DNA of 64,000 bases from Dehalococcoidia bacterium (GTDB taxonomy: Bacteria > Chloroflexota > Dehalococcoidia > UBA2979), in contig OZ253555.1 in assembly GCA_965262725.1 (NCBI GenBank), forward strand, positions 640,001 through 704,000, in the 5' to 3' direction. Position numbers and translations under genes: made by a program. Numbering within the stretch: the first letter of the stretch is position 1; every line of letters starts with the position of its first letter. Of the stretch, positions 31,705 to 41,738 are shown in pieces. Under the pieces are notes generated by a model. The model was given only the letters and a program-made list of their open reading frames with translations, ran no database searches and was not told the origin of the DNA.

Positions 31705-34263
31705 GTGGTTCGCGATCCGGGCCGCTATGCTCGCCTCGTGGATCGTCGACTCCTCGCATGGCTGGCGGCGATACTCGTCCTGCTGGCGCTGTCGTGTCAG
31801 AGCGACCCTCCGCAATCCACCCGGACGACGACCCCGATCCCCGCCACCCCTACGCAGGGCGCGGCCGCGACCACCGTGGCGACCACGGCCTCCACACCCT
31901 CCCCCACAGCGACCGCCGCCCCGATCCCGGCGCGCTCCCCCACGGCGACCGCCGCCCCGACCCCGGCACCCTCGCCGACGGCGACCGCAACCCTCACCTC
32001 CGAGCCCGCACCACCCGCCGTCAGCGTCGTCGGCCCGCTGCTCGTCTTCTCCGAGCGACTGGCGCCGCCCGGCGCGGCCGCCGGCGGGCAGGGAGACACG
32101 CGGCGCGTGTACGTGTACGACCTCGGGCTCGGGGTCTACTGGGCTGCGCTCGACTACGAGGAGACGGATCGGTCATCGGTGCAGCCGGCGGGCCCGGGGC
32201 TCATCGCGTGGAGCGACGGTCAGGTCCGACGCGTGGGCCTCGGAGGTCAGACGGAGGCCACCCTTCTCGAAGGTCGCACCATCGGGTCCGTTCGCGTTTC
32301 GCCCGACGGCGCGAAGGTGGCGCTCATGCTCGAGGGGCCGCCGACCGTCCTCGTCCTCGACATCGCCAGCGGTGAGGAGCTGCTTCGGGCCACGAGCGCG
32401 GGTTCACTGCTTGCGCCCCTGCGTGAGGCGACATCGGAGCCCGGACCGGTTCTCGGTAGCTGGAGCCACGACAGCGCCGGGCTGGGCGTGGTCTGGGGCG
32501 AACGCACCGCGCTGCTCTCGATCGCCGGGGACCTGCGCCTGCTGCCGGTCGACTGGCACGTGTCGCCTCATCTCCGCTACGCCCTGCGCCTTGGCGAGAG
32601 TGCCGAGACCGCCTGTCTGAACCGCCACGACTGCAGGGAGACATGGAAGAGCTTCGATGCGATCGACATCGTGACGGCGAACGTGCTGTGGACCGTAACC
32701 GGCGCCGAGGGGGCCGGCCTGACGTGGTACTCAGGGGACCATGATGACCGCTGGTGGAGGCCCACCGGCCCGGGATGGTCGGGCGAGCCCCGATTCGTCG
32801 CCTTCCGTGACATGGCGGGCGGTCCGCGGATGCTGGACGCCGCCTCGGGGGAGACATATCCGGTCCAGTTCTACCGGAACTCGGTGCCCCGGGAGGCGAG
32901 GGGGCTGCTCGAAGGCGGAGCGTGGAGCAACTGCCGCGGAGGCGACGGGCGGGGTCGCAGCTATCCGTGCCAGGTCTGGTACGACGAGCGCGTCGTGTGG
33001 GAGGGGGCGGGGGGGTGGACTCGCTACCTCGGATTCGTGGAGTCGGCAGCCGGACTGGCGCTCCACGGGGTGAGAACGATCGAGGTGGGACCGGAGCCCC
33101 CTGCCGGGGAGCCCCCGGCCCGGGAGGCGATGGTCGGGCCGCTCCTGCTGTACGCGGTGTGGGGCGGACCCGCGTACGCGGACGAGGGCGCCGGTCTCGA
33201 CATCTTCTCAACCTCCGACGTCGAGGCAGTCGCCACCTGGCGTGTGATGGCCTACGACGCAGGCACGGGACGGAGCTGGCCGGCCCACGAGGATCGGTAC
33301 CACTTCTCCTGGTGGGGATCCTCCTGGGGCGACTGGGACGACCAGGTGCAGGGAGCGCGGGACGGTCTCGTCACCGGCGGACCGGGAGGGATGCGCCACA
33401 TCGCCCCCGGCGGCCAGGCGGAGAGGTTGCTGACCGAGCACTGGCCGGCCGAATTCCGCGTCTCCCCGGATGGACGCCGGGTCGCCGCCCGCTTCCACGG
33501 CGGAGGTCGTGGGCCTGATGGGCGCTACAACCCTGCCCGCACCGTCGTCTTCGACCTTCGCTCCGGGGAAGAGATCCTGCGTGTCGTGCACGACGAGATT
33601 CCCACCGCCGTTGGACTACGTTCTGCCGGGTCCGCCTGGACCGTCTGGGGACAGGCATGGACCTCGGACTCCAGCGCCCTCGTGCTGGACGTCGTGGACG
33701 ACCCCATGGGGCACGGGGGTCCGGCGGTCGGGGTCATCGCACGGCTCGACGGCGCGATTCACCGCCTTCCCTGTCCGGGGAACCCTTATTCCGAATCGGG
33801 GAGGTGCGACGCACCCGACGGCAGGCATGTCGTGCGGGGGCGCCAGACGGAGTCGGGGCCGTACACCGAGTCGAACTGGCGATCCATCGACATCATCGCC
33901 GTCGAGTCCGGGGACATCCTCCGGTCCGTCGCGTCGCCCGTCCGTCTCGGTGACTGGGACTGGGAGTGGGCCTCCCCCGACCACTTCGCCTGGTCGGATG
34001 CCCTCCTGCCCCGCGTCTACCCTTCCGAGTTCGCCGCCCGCACCAGGGCGGGCAAGCATGCGGACGTCTCGGTTCTGAACATCCGCACGGGCGAGACCGC
34101 CATGCTGGACATACAGGAGTACCTCGCGCGCTTCCACCCGCCCCCCCGGGCGATCACCGACTGCCCCGAGAACCCCGGACACCCGTGCCGCATCCTTCTC
34201 GACGGCGAGGTCGTGGGGGAGGGGCGCTGGCCCACCATCATCGGCTTCGCCGAGCTCGACTGA
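31705..34263 (+). CDS. Large lipoprotein with PT linker and two tandem beta-propeller-like modules
   Basis: LLALSC lipobox; duplicated VGPLL...YD...RVSPDG...PC...GF.E architecture. Confidence 0.8.
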   Translation: MVRDPGRYARLVDRRLLAWLAAILVLLALSCQSDPPQSTRTTTPIPATPTQGAAATTVATTASTPSPTATAAPIPARSPTATAAPTPAPSPTATATLTSEPAPPAVSVVGPLLVFSERLAPPGAAAGGQGDTRRVYVYDLGLGVYWAALDYEETDRSSVQPAGPGLIAWSDGQVRRVGLGGQTEATLLEGRTIGSVRVSPDGAKVALMLEGPPTVLVLDIASGEELLRATSAGSLLAPLREATSEPGPVLGSWSHDSAGLGVVWGERTALLSIAGDLRLLPVDWHVSPHLRYALRLGESAETACLNRHDCRETWKSFDAIDIVTANVLWTVTGAEGAGLTWYSGDHDDRWWRPTGPGWSGEPRFVAFRDMAGGPRMLDAASGETYPVQFYRNSVPREARGLLEGGAWSNCRGGDGRGRSYPCQVWYDERVVWEGAGGWTRYLGFVESAAGLALHGVRTIEVGPEPPAGEPPAREAMVGPLLLYAVWGGPAYADEGAGLDIFSTSDVEAVATWRVMAYDAGTGRSWPAHEDRYHFSWWGSSWGDWDDQVQGARDGLVTGGPGGMRHIAPGGQAERLLTEHWPAEFRVSPDGRRVAARFHGGGRGPDGRYNPARTVVFDLRSGEEILRVVHDEIPTAVGLRSAGSAWTVWGQAWTSDSSALVLDVVDDPMGHGGPAVGVIARLDGAIHRLPCPGNPYSESGRCDAPDGRHVVRGRQTESGPYTESNWRSIDIIAVESGDILRSVASPVRLGDWDWEWASPDHFAWSDALLPRVYPSEFAARTRAGKHADVSVLNIRTGETAMLDIQEYLARFHPPPRAITDCPENPGHPCRILLDGEVVGEGRWPTIIGFAELD

Positions 34264-34269
34264 ACCTGT

Positions 34270-34450
34270 CCCCTCGCCGTGTCCACCGCGCGCTCGCCAA
34301 CAGGGAGACCGCGGTCATCCTCAACACGCTCTTCGATCGTCTCTACGTCCTCCGCATCCAGCTCATGCACGGCGGGGCGACGTGGCAGAGTTCCGTCAAC
34401 CGCGACCAGGTCCGCGACGGGTCGCGGATCCTGGCGTTCCTCGTGCCCCT
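34270..34450 (+). pseudogene. HEPN-domain C-terminal fragment
   Basis: LFDRLYVLRIQLMHGGATWQSSVNR (RxxxxH). Confidence 0.55.
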
Positions 34451-34579
34451 GTATCGTCCGGGCCTGCAATTCCTCCGGCTGCTCCGCGTTCAGCGCCGCG
34501 GTCGCGGAAAACTAGCACCCCGTCGATGTCACGCCGGCCACGCCCCCTGAGGCCGGGTGACGCGAGGGGAGCCCCCACG

Positions 34580-35020
34580 GCAGTCCGCGCTCCGGCGAGC
34601 GGCGGCGCTCCCCGACGCGGACGCGCTCGCGGAGTTACGAGAGCGCCGCGGCGCTCTGCCGGGGAGACTTCCTCGAGGGGGAGCCGTTCCCGTGGCTCGA
34701 CGCCTACCGGGCCAACTACCGCCGGCGCCTGGCCGAGGGCGCGAGCGGGGCGCGGCCGTGGCCGAACGGCTCGGGGAACCGGAGCGGGCGGCCCGCCTCT
34801 ACCAGGCGGTCCTGGATCAGGAGCCGGCGGACGAGGCGGCGGCGCGCGGGCGGATGCGCCTGCTCGCGGCGGCCGGGGACAGCACCGGCGTCCGCCGGGT
34901 CTTCAAGGCGCTGACCGAGGCGCTGCGGCGGGAGCTGGACGACCCGCGGGTCGCGCCCGCGCGGGAGACGAGGGAGTTGCTCGCCGAGCTCTGGCCGGGG
35001 AGCAGGGAGCGGGGGTGTGA
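34580..35020 (+). pseudogene. BTAD domain fragment (copy 1), frameshifted
   Basis: Paralogous to 61220-61654. Confidence 0.7.
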
Positions 35021-35574
35021 TCATGCCGCTCGCCCGGGTGCGACGCGCGGGTCGGATGGGCGGCCGCGGTGCGTGGGGCGCCTGCCCGGCGCTCGCGGGA
35101 GCGGCGCTCCTGCTGGCGGCGATCCTCGGCGTGCGCAGGCGGGAGCCGGCGGACATCGCCTGGGGCGCGGGCTTTGGCGCCTGCTTCCTGGCGCTGGCCT
35201 GGTCGGATCTCCGCAGCCGCGTGATCCCGAACCGGATCGTCTGCCCGGCGCTGGTGCTGGCGCTCGCCGCCTCCGGCGCCTGGCCCGACCGCGCCTTCGC
35301 CGAGGCGCTCACGGGCGGGCTCGGCGCGCTGGCCGCCGCGATCGCCGTCGCCGGCCTGAGCGGAGGCGGGCTCGGCGGCGGGGACGTGAAGATGGCCGCT
35401 CTTGTCGGGGCGGTCGTGGGCTACCCGGCGGTGCTGCCGGCCGGCCTCGTGACCGTGTTGGCGGGAGGCGCGACGGCCGCGGTGCTGCTCGTCACGCGGC
35501 GCGTTGGGCGGGGTGACCGCATGCCGTACGGGCCGTTCATCGCGGCCGGCGCGGTCGCAGCGCTGCTGGCCTGA
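35017..35574 (+). CDS. A24 family prepilin peptidase
   Basis: DLRSRVIPN, LGGGDVKM and PYGPFI motifs. Confidence 0.88.
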   Translation: MIMPLARVRRAGRMGGRGAWGACPALAGAALLLAAILGVRRREPADIAWGAGFGACFLALAWSDLRSRVIPNRIVCPALVLALAASGAWPDRAFAEALTGGLGALAAAIAVAGLSGGGLGGGDVKMAALVGAVVGYPAVLPAGLVTVLAGGATAAVLLVTRRVGRGDRMPYGPFIAAGAVAALLA

Positions 35575-35709
35575 TGCCGTTGGGGGGCGCCGGCGGATGG
35601 CACCGGCGACGGTGTCGGGGGTGGGCGGATCAGCGCGAGATCGTTCGAGCCCCGTTTGGTGGGCCTGGTGCGAACGCCGAGCAGCGCGGGCGTCGGCCGG
35701 CCGCCCGCC

Positions 35710-36153
35710 TCACTCCCCGAAGAAGTAGCTGGTGCCGTAGCGCTCGCCAATGGCGATGATGTCGTGGGGGCGCTCACCCAGCTCGTCGAAGAGGCCCTCG
35801 ATGCCCGCTGGGGCGAACCAGAAGATCATCTCGGCCTCGCTGTCCGAGTCGTTGCGGAAGCCGTGCCTGGTACCGCGCGGGATGTTCAGGAACGTACCGG
35901 GCCCCGCTTCGACCAGGCGGTCGTCGAGGCGGAAGGTGAGCCGTCCGCGCAGCACGAAGAAGGCCTCTTCCTCGCGACTGTGCACATGCGCGGCCGGCCC
36001 GCCACCGGGCGGCACGATCGCGTGCGTGAGGAAGTAGCTGCCGTGCGTGTGCTCGCCCCGCGCGAGCGTCGCGTAGATGTCGCCGCCGGCCGCCGTCGCC
36101 TGACCCCGACGATCCTCGGGTCGGACGATGCGAGGCTCAATCGGTTCGTTCAT
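35710..36153 (-). CDS. Cupin domain protein
   Basis: HVHSREEEAFFVL...PRGTRHGFRN. Confidence 0.88.
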   Translation of the reverse strand: MNEPIEPRIVRPEDRRGQATAAGGDIYATLARGEHTHGSYFLTHAIVPPGGGPAAHVHSREEEAFFVLRGRLTFRLDDRLVEAGPGTFLNIPRGTRHGFRNDSDSEAEMIFWFAPAGIEGLFDELGERPHDIIAIGERYGTSYFFGE

Positions 36154-36307
36154 GACTCCTCCGTCAGCGCTCTGGTGCCCCAGGACGGCGGCGCGACAGC
36201 CCTGACCCGAGACCTGTAGGCCGAAGCACGATTGTGCCAGACGTAGCGACATGCTGGCTTCCGTCGCCCGGATGGACGAGTCGATCCGCTGAGCAAAGAC
36301 TGGGCCC

Positions 36308-36530
36308 TGCCCCACCCCGTCGTGCACTTCGAGCTCGGGGGCGCCACCGGCACCGCGCTCTAGCGGTTCTACGCGGCTGCCATCGGGTGGGAGGTCAACG
36401 TCGACCACCACACAGGCATCGACGGCGGGATCGCCGCCGCGGAGCAGCAGCGGATGGTGACGATCGCGCTGTTCGCCGACCCCAGGGGCAACTTCATCGG
36501 GCTGGTCCAGCCGGAGACGCCTCCCGCGTA
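36308..36530 (+). pseudogene. VOC/glyoxalase family pseudogene with internal stop and deletion
   Basis: PVVHFEL...*RFY...GW and FADPQGNFIGL. Confidence 0.65.
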
Positions 36531-37395
36531 GGGTAGCCTTGGTACCCGGTGGCTGCGAAGGTGCGGCGATCTGGAGTAGGGACAGGCGGGCCATCCCCCG
36601 CTGTCCAACACGGGAGCGATTCACGCCGCGACGCCGCGACGCGGGCCCGCTCCGCCGGGCTCGCGACCGGGCGGCGCGGGGATCACGCCGGCGGTCGCCG
36701 TTCTGCGTGATCGCTTAAGCCGTGCGTAGACTGCACGCGCGAGCGGGCGGAGCGTGAGGCGGGACTGACCGACGGGTCCGGGGGCGACTGGCGGCGCGAG
36801 GCGAAAGCCCCCTCGCGACGCGCCCCACCCACCACGACCGGATCGTGAGAGAGCGTGGCGATGGCGACCGCTCATGGGATCGCGCCCGGGGAGCTGCGGG
36901 AGTGAATGGCATGCCGCGAGCTCACGGTGGGAGGCCGGCGGCGCCGCTCGACGTGGGGGTGATAACGCCGCCTCGCCGGCGAACGGGCACTGCGCGCCCG
37001 GCGTGCCTGCCGCCGGCGCTGCAGGCGGCAGGTGCCGACGGCTGCGCGCCCGCGCCGGCGGAGGGCCGGTCCACCGACGGCCCCGCCACGGCCGCCCGGC
37101 GCGGCCCGCCCGCGAGCCCTGAGCCGTGGCCCTCGACTCGCCGGGGTCCCCGGGAGGGAGAGGGAGCGGCCTGGATCCCCGAGGGCGACCTGACGGCGGA
37201 CGGCGGCGGGGGTGGGCGGGCTCGCCGGGCACCAGGCCCGGGAGCGGCTCCAGCGCCGTGCCGCTCTCGTCGAGCTGCCCGTCCAGGAGCCCGCGAGCGT
37301 CCCGTCGCCCGGTCGTGCGTGGCCCCGATGGCGGCGCGGCGTGCGGGATCCGGCCGCGGAGCCGGGCCCGCGGTGGCGCCCTCGCCGGAGACCCG

Positions 37396-38330
37396 ATGAG
37401 CGAGGCCGGCGAGACCTGGTGGGTCTACGAGGACGATATCGCCGCGCACGCGCGCGTCCACAAGGCGAGCTGCTGGCACTGCAACAACGGCCGCGGCCAC
37501 AGCCGTCTTCCCAGCAACCGCTGGCATGGCCCGTACGCGAGCGAAGCGGAGGCGCTCCGTCTCGCCGTGCGCCTCTGGCCGGACGACGCCCGCGTGTGCA
37601 ACCGGTGTGCGGGTCGCGGCACGGCGACCGCGGCCGAGGCGCGCACGCCGGCCACGTGGACGGCCTACGGCTCCGCCTGGCGCCGCTTCAGCGCCTGGTG
37701 CGAGGAGCGGGGAGCCCAGGCGCTGCCGGCCACCTCCGAGGACGTCGGCAGCTACCTGCTCGAGCGCATCGCCCAGGGCCGCACGCCCTCGACCGTCAAC
37801 GTCGACGCCGGTGCGATCTCCGCGCAGCACCGCGACGCCGGACTCCCCGATCCGACGCGGGCGGAGAGCGTGCTCCGCCTGGTCGGCGAGCAGCGGAGCC
37901 GGCGGCGCGGCGCGGCGCGGCGCGGCGACCCGCTCACGGCCGCCCGACTCGACCAGGTGCTTCAGGCGATCCCCGACACGGCGATCGGCCGGCGCGACCG
38001 CGCGCTGCTGCTGGTGATGCGCGACTGCCGGCTGCGGCCGTTCGAAGCCGCGGCGCTGAGGTGGAGGGACGTCGCGGCCGGCGGCGTGGCGATCGCGGTG
38101 CGCCTCACCCAGGTCCGCGGGAGCGTCACGGTCGACCTGTGGCTGATCAGCGAGCGAGCGCGCCAGGCGCTCGCCGCCCTCCTCCCGGACGCGGAGCGCG
38201 ATCCCGAGCAGCACGTCTTCCTGGTGGTCACCGCCCCGCGGCGCGGTCAGCCGCTGAGCGGGGACACCGTCAGCGACATCGTCCGGCGCCGCGTGAAGGC
38301 CGCCGGGATCGAGGGGAGACACCCCATGTC
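37396..38330 (+). pseudogene. Cre-like tyrosine recombinase with N-terminal His/Cys domain; 3'-truncated
   Basis: TWTAYGSAWRRFSAWC, AISAQH and RDRALLLVMRDCRLR; lacks HxxR and the catalytic Tyr. Confidence 0.75.
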
Positions 38331-38647
38331 CGTAACGCGCAAGGGGCGCCCCCACCCGGGCAGCGAATCGGGGTGTCGGGTGCGCGATGCGCAAGGAGAT
38401 CGTGAGCAGTCGGAGCGCCGTGTTAGAGCCGTGCGCGCGGCGGTGTTCCGAGGTCGACGCCGCCGCAGAGAATGGTCTTGGCCGGCGTGAGATGGGTGTC
38501 GGCTTCTGCGGACATGCGGTGGCTGGCCGACCGCTGCCGGTCGCCCGTGACGCGGGGTGCGCAGGTACTCGCCTCGCCGAGTTGCGCCCTCAACGAGCTC
38601 CAGACCCTGGATGAGTCGCGGCCCGCCGAGGCGCTCCGCGACCTCCG

Positions 38648-39874
38648 TCAGGCGGCGAGCTCAGCGTCCTCGGTGCCCAGGCCGCCCCAGGCAGTCTCCT
38701 CGTCGTAGAGCCGGCGCTTGTGCAGGCAGCCGTGCAGGAACGCGACCAGGCGGTTGGCGAGGGCGCGCAGCGCCTGGTTGTGCCCGTCGCCGAGCGCCCG
38801 CCGCTGCTGGTAGTACGCCCGGCACCCGGGACTCGCCTGGAGCGAGCAGAACGCCCACATGTGTATCGCGTCGTAGAGGCGCCGGTTCCGCACGTGGCGC
38901 GCGGTGACCGCCCGCTTCCGCCCCGATGATATGGTGAGCGGCGACGTGCCCGCGTAGTTCCTGCGGGACTTCGCGGACACGAAGCGTTCGGGGTCATCCC
39001 CGAACTCGCCCAGCACCCGGGCGCCGAGCACGGGCCCCAGGCCCGGCATCGACAGGTAAATCGCGGCGTCCGGGTGCTCCTCAAGAGACGCGGCCAGCTT
39101 CGACTCCAGTACCTCGAGTTGCCGGTTGATCTCCTGGAGCTGGGCAACCTGGGCGAGCACGCTGTCGGCGAACGCCTCGCTGAGCGCGGGCGCGACCGGG
39201 AGCGTGCGGAGCCGGAGTACCTCGCGTATCTCTTCCGCCCGCGTGTCCAGGTTGCGCTTGCGGCCTCCGCGCCTGAGCGCCGCGCGGAGCTGCGTCCGCG
39301 TCAGCTTCGCCGCCGCGAGCGGCTCCGGGGCGACGGCCAGCACCGAGAGCGCATCGGGATGCGTGAGGTCGGGGAAGGCCTGGAGTGCGGCCGGGAAGTA
39401 CTGCAGCAGCGCGCTGCGCAGCCGGTTGCTCTCGCGGGTGCGATTCCAGACCAGCTGCTGCTGGGCGCGGGCGCGCACCTGCACGGCGGAGGCGAGGGCG
39501 CTGTCGCCCGCGACCGGCCGGTGGTTGTGGCTGTCGGTGCGAACGAGGTTCGCGAGCATGCGCGCATCGCCCCGGTCCGACTTCCCGCCGCCGACCTGGT
39601 GTCGCTCGCGGTAGAGGGCCGCCACCCGCGGATTGATGGCGTAGACCCGGTAGCCCGCGCCGATGAGCGCTGCGACCCACGGGCCGCGGTCGGTCTCGAT
39701 GCCGACCACGACCTGGCCGGCCTCCTGTGCATGCTCGGCGAGCAGCGCATGGAGCGCGGTCATGCCCTCCGCTCCCTCGGGGAGTCGCTTCGCCGCGAGG
39801 CTCTCGCCCTCCTCGTTCATGACATGGACATCGTGATGGTCCTCGGCCCAGTCGTCGCCCACGTACACCGTCAA
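38648..39874 (-). CDS. IS110 family transposase/recombinase (element 2)
   Basis: VGDDWAEDHHD, GIET, KSDRGDA, SMPGLG and YAGTSP.T.SSG motifs. Confidence 0.95.
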   Translation of the reverse strand: MTVYVGDDWAEDHHDVHVMNEEGESLAAKRLPEGAEGMTALHALLAEHAQEAGQVVVGIETDRGPWVAALIGAGYRVYAINPRVAALYRERHQVGGGKSDRGDARMLANLVRTDSHNHRPVAGDSALASAVQVRARAQQQLVWNRTRESNRLRSALLQYFPAALQAFPDLTHPDALSVLAVAPEPLAAAKLTRTQLRAALRRGGRKRNLDTRAEEIREVLRLRTLPVAPALSEAFADSVLAQVAQLQEINRQLEVLESKLAASLEEHPDAAIYLSMPGLGPVLGARVLGEFGDDPERFVSAKSRRNYAGTSPLTISSGRKRAVTARHVRNRRLYDAIHMWAFCSLQASPGCRAYYQQRRALGDGHNQALRALANRLVAFLHGCLHKRRLYDEETAWGGLGTEDAELAA

Positions 39875-39884
39875 CCCGTGCTCC

Positions 39885-40110
39885 CTTCCTGCTCGACCCT
39901 GCTGGCTAAACCCACGGGCCTGCTCCGCAACGAGCTAATGGCACGGTGCTCTACAGGCACGACACCCCATCAGTGCATCGCAGGCCCGGACGAACCAGCC
40001 GGGGCACGGTCTACCTGTGGAGGTCGCAAGCGCCTCAGCGTTGGTCAGTGCTCTCCGACTGGCGGGTCCGGAACCATCCTCCCAGATCGCTCTGGTCCTC
40101 TGGTTCGGCT
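39885..40110 (-). ncRNA. Bridge RNA of IS110 element 2
   Basis: CCAUUAG guide matches the left junction CT-AATGG; stem-enclosed target loop. Confidence 0.65.
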
Positions 40111-40116
40111 CCCATT

Positions 40117-40247
40117 AGCGGAGGATCTCTCCGTCCTCGGTGATGCGCTCCGACACGAGTGCCGGGTCGAGCGGATGTGCCAGCTGCTCAAGCGCGGCCC
40201 GGCTCAGGCGGCGCGATCGCGTCGCCCTGCGTCTGACTTCAGCCATG
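40117..40247 (-). pseudogene. Rad52/Rad22-like annealing protein N-terminus, interrupted by IS110 element 2
   Basis: LAHPLDPALVSER...GEILR, cut at the IS core. Confidence 0.6.
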
Positions 40248-41292
40248 ATTCCTTCTCTCTTGCGTGTGCCTCGTGGAGCGAACGCAGGAACGCCGCGCGT
40301 CCGTCGCGGCGCCGTCCCAGTTCGCTGAGGTCGTGCGCCCCACCGGGGAGCGGCACGACGGTCGCCCGCTCCGCGAGCGCGGAGATGAGGCGGTCGGCGG
40401 CCTGACGGCCGGGGTGGTCGGCGTCGAGCGCGAGGTAGACGCGCCCGAGCGAGCGGAGGGCTGAGAGCGCCTCCCGCGAGACGTGGGTGCCGAGCAGCGC
40501 GACGGCCGGCAGCCGCCACGCGCAGAGGGTCAGCCAGTCGAAGGGACCCTCGGTCACGACGGCGGCCGCGGCCCCGGCCCGGCGTACCTGCTCCAGGCCG
40601 AGCAGCGGCGACGGCAGGCGCAGGTTGAGGTAGCGAGGCTCCCGGCCGTCGAGCGACCGCGCGGTGAGCCAGGTCGCCAGGCCCCGGGCGTCCAGGTCCG
40701 GGACGACGATCCGCCCGGCGAGCGCGTCGCGATCGCCGCTCAGGAGCCCGAGCCCCCGGGCCGTGTCGAGCCCGAGCCTCGAGCGCTCCAGGTGACGGGC
40801 GAGCCCGCCGCCCGCGAAGCCGACGCGCAGCCCGGAAGCCACGCCCTCGTCGATACCGCGGCCGCGGACGTACGAGCGGGCCTCGCGGCTGCGCCCGTAC
40901 TGCCCGGCGTAGAGGGAGGCGGCGGCCTCGATGACCGCCGCCTCGTCCGCGGCCACCGCCCGGACCGCTCGCCGAAGCGGGGATCGCGGCGCGGCGGCGG
41001 GCGCCGGGTGACCCCCAGCGGCGCTTCCTGCGAGCAGGGCGGCCGTCTCCCGGAACCCGATTCCCTGCAGGCGGCCGACGAAGTCGAAGACGTCGCCGCC
41101 CGCGTCGCAGCCGAAGCAGAAATAGCTGCCCGACTCCTCGTAGACCACGAGGCTCGGGGTGCGGTCCTCGTGGAACGGGCAGAGCCCGACGAGGCGGCGG
41201 CCCGAGCGCCGGAGCTCCACTCCGGCGCCCGAGACCGCGTGCGCGATCGGGTGTTGAGCCCGGATCGCCTCGATGTCGTAGAGCTCAGCCAC
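40204..41292 (-). CDS. DnaG-like primase (CHC2 zinc finger + Toprim)
   Basis: CPFHEDRTPS, CFGC, YLN, TEGPFD and LALDADHPG motifs. Confidence 0.92.
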   Translation of the reverse strand: MAELYDIEAIRAQHPIAHAVSGAGVELRRSGRRLVGLCPFHEDRTPSLVVYEESGSYFCFGCDAGGDVFDFVGRLQGIGFRETAALLAGSAAGGHPAPAAAPRSPLRRAVRAVAADEAAVIEAAASLYAGQYGRSREARSYVRGRGIDEGVASGLRVGFAGGGLARHLERSRLGLDTARGLGLLSGDRDALAGRIVVPDLDARGLATWLTARSLDGREPRYLNLRLPSPLLGLEQVRRAGAAAAVVTEGPFDWLTLCAWRLPAVALLGTHVSREALSALRSLGRVYLALDADHPGRQAADRLISALAERATVVPLPGGAHDLSELGRRRDGRAAFLRSLHEAHAREKESWLKSDAGRRDRAA

Positions 41293-41587
41293 CGCGGGTG
41301 AGCTCGAGCAGGCGCCGCCGGAAGCAGGCCTCCTCGAGCGTGAGCCTCGCGCCGGCGCCCCATCCGCCCGGCAGGTGCCGCCCGAGCAGCACCCCCGGCG
41401 GGTCACCGGACTCCCAGTAGCGGAGATGAAGCTCCGCCTCGCTGTCGCACTCGCCCAGCCGGGCGAGCAGTGCCGAGACGGCGGGCTTCGCCGCCTCGCG
41501 TCGCTCCTCGGGCCACCCGAGGTACTGCTCGTAGCTGCGTTCCCAGACGGCTCGCACCGCCTGCCGGAAGCGATTCTCCCTCTGCAT
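41285..41587 (-). CDS. Hypothetical protein of the replication operon
   Basis: AAGGAG RBS; overlaps the primase start. Confidence 0.7.
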   Translation of the reverse strand: MQRENRFRQAVRAVWERSYEQYLGWPEERREAAKPAVSALLARLGECDSEAELHLRYWESGDPPGVLLGRHLPGGWGAGARLTLEEACFRRRLLELTRGG

Positions 41588-41738
41588 GTCGCACTCCTTC
41601 CTCGGACACTCGCTGGACACCAGCCGATCGCTTCGCGCCCGCGGGCGGACGCATCTCGCCCACGCATGGACACGACGACATCGGGGCCGCCCGAAGGCGG
41701 CCCCGAAGATGACGGCGGTGCCGGTGGCTACGAGGGGG

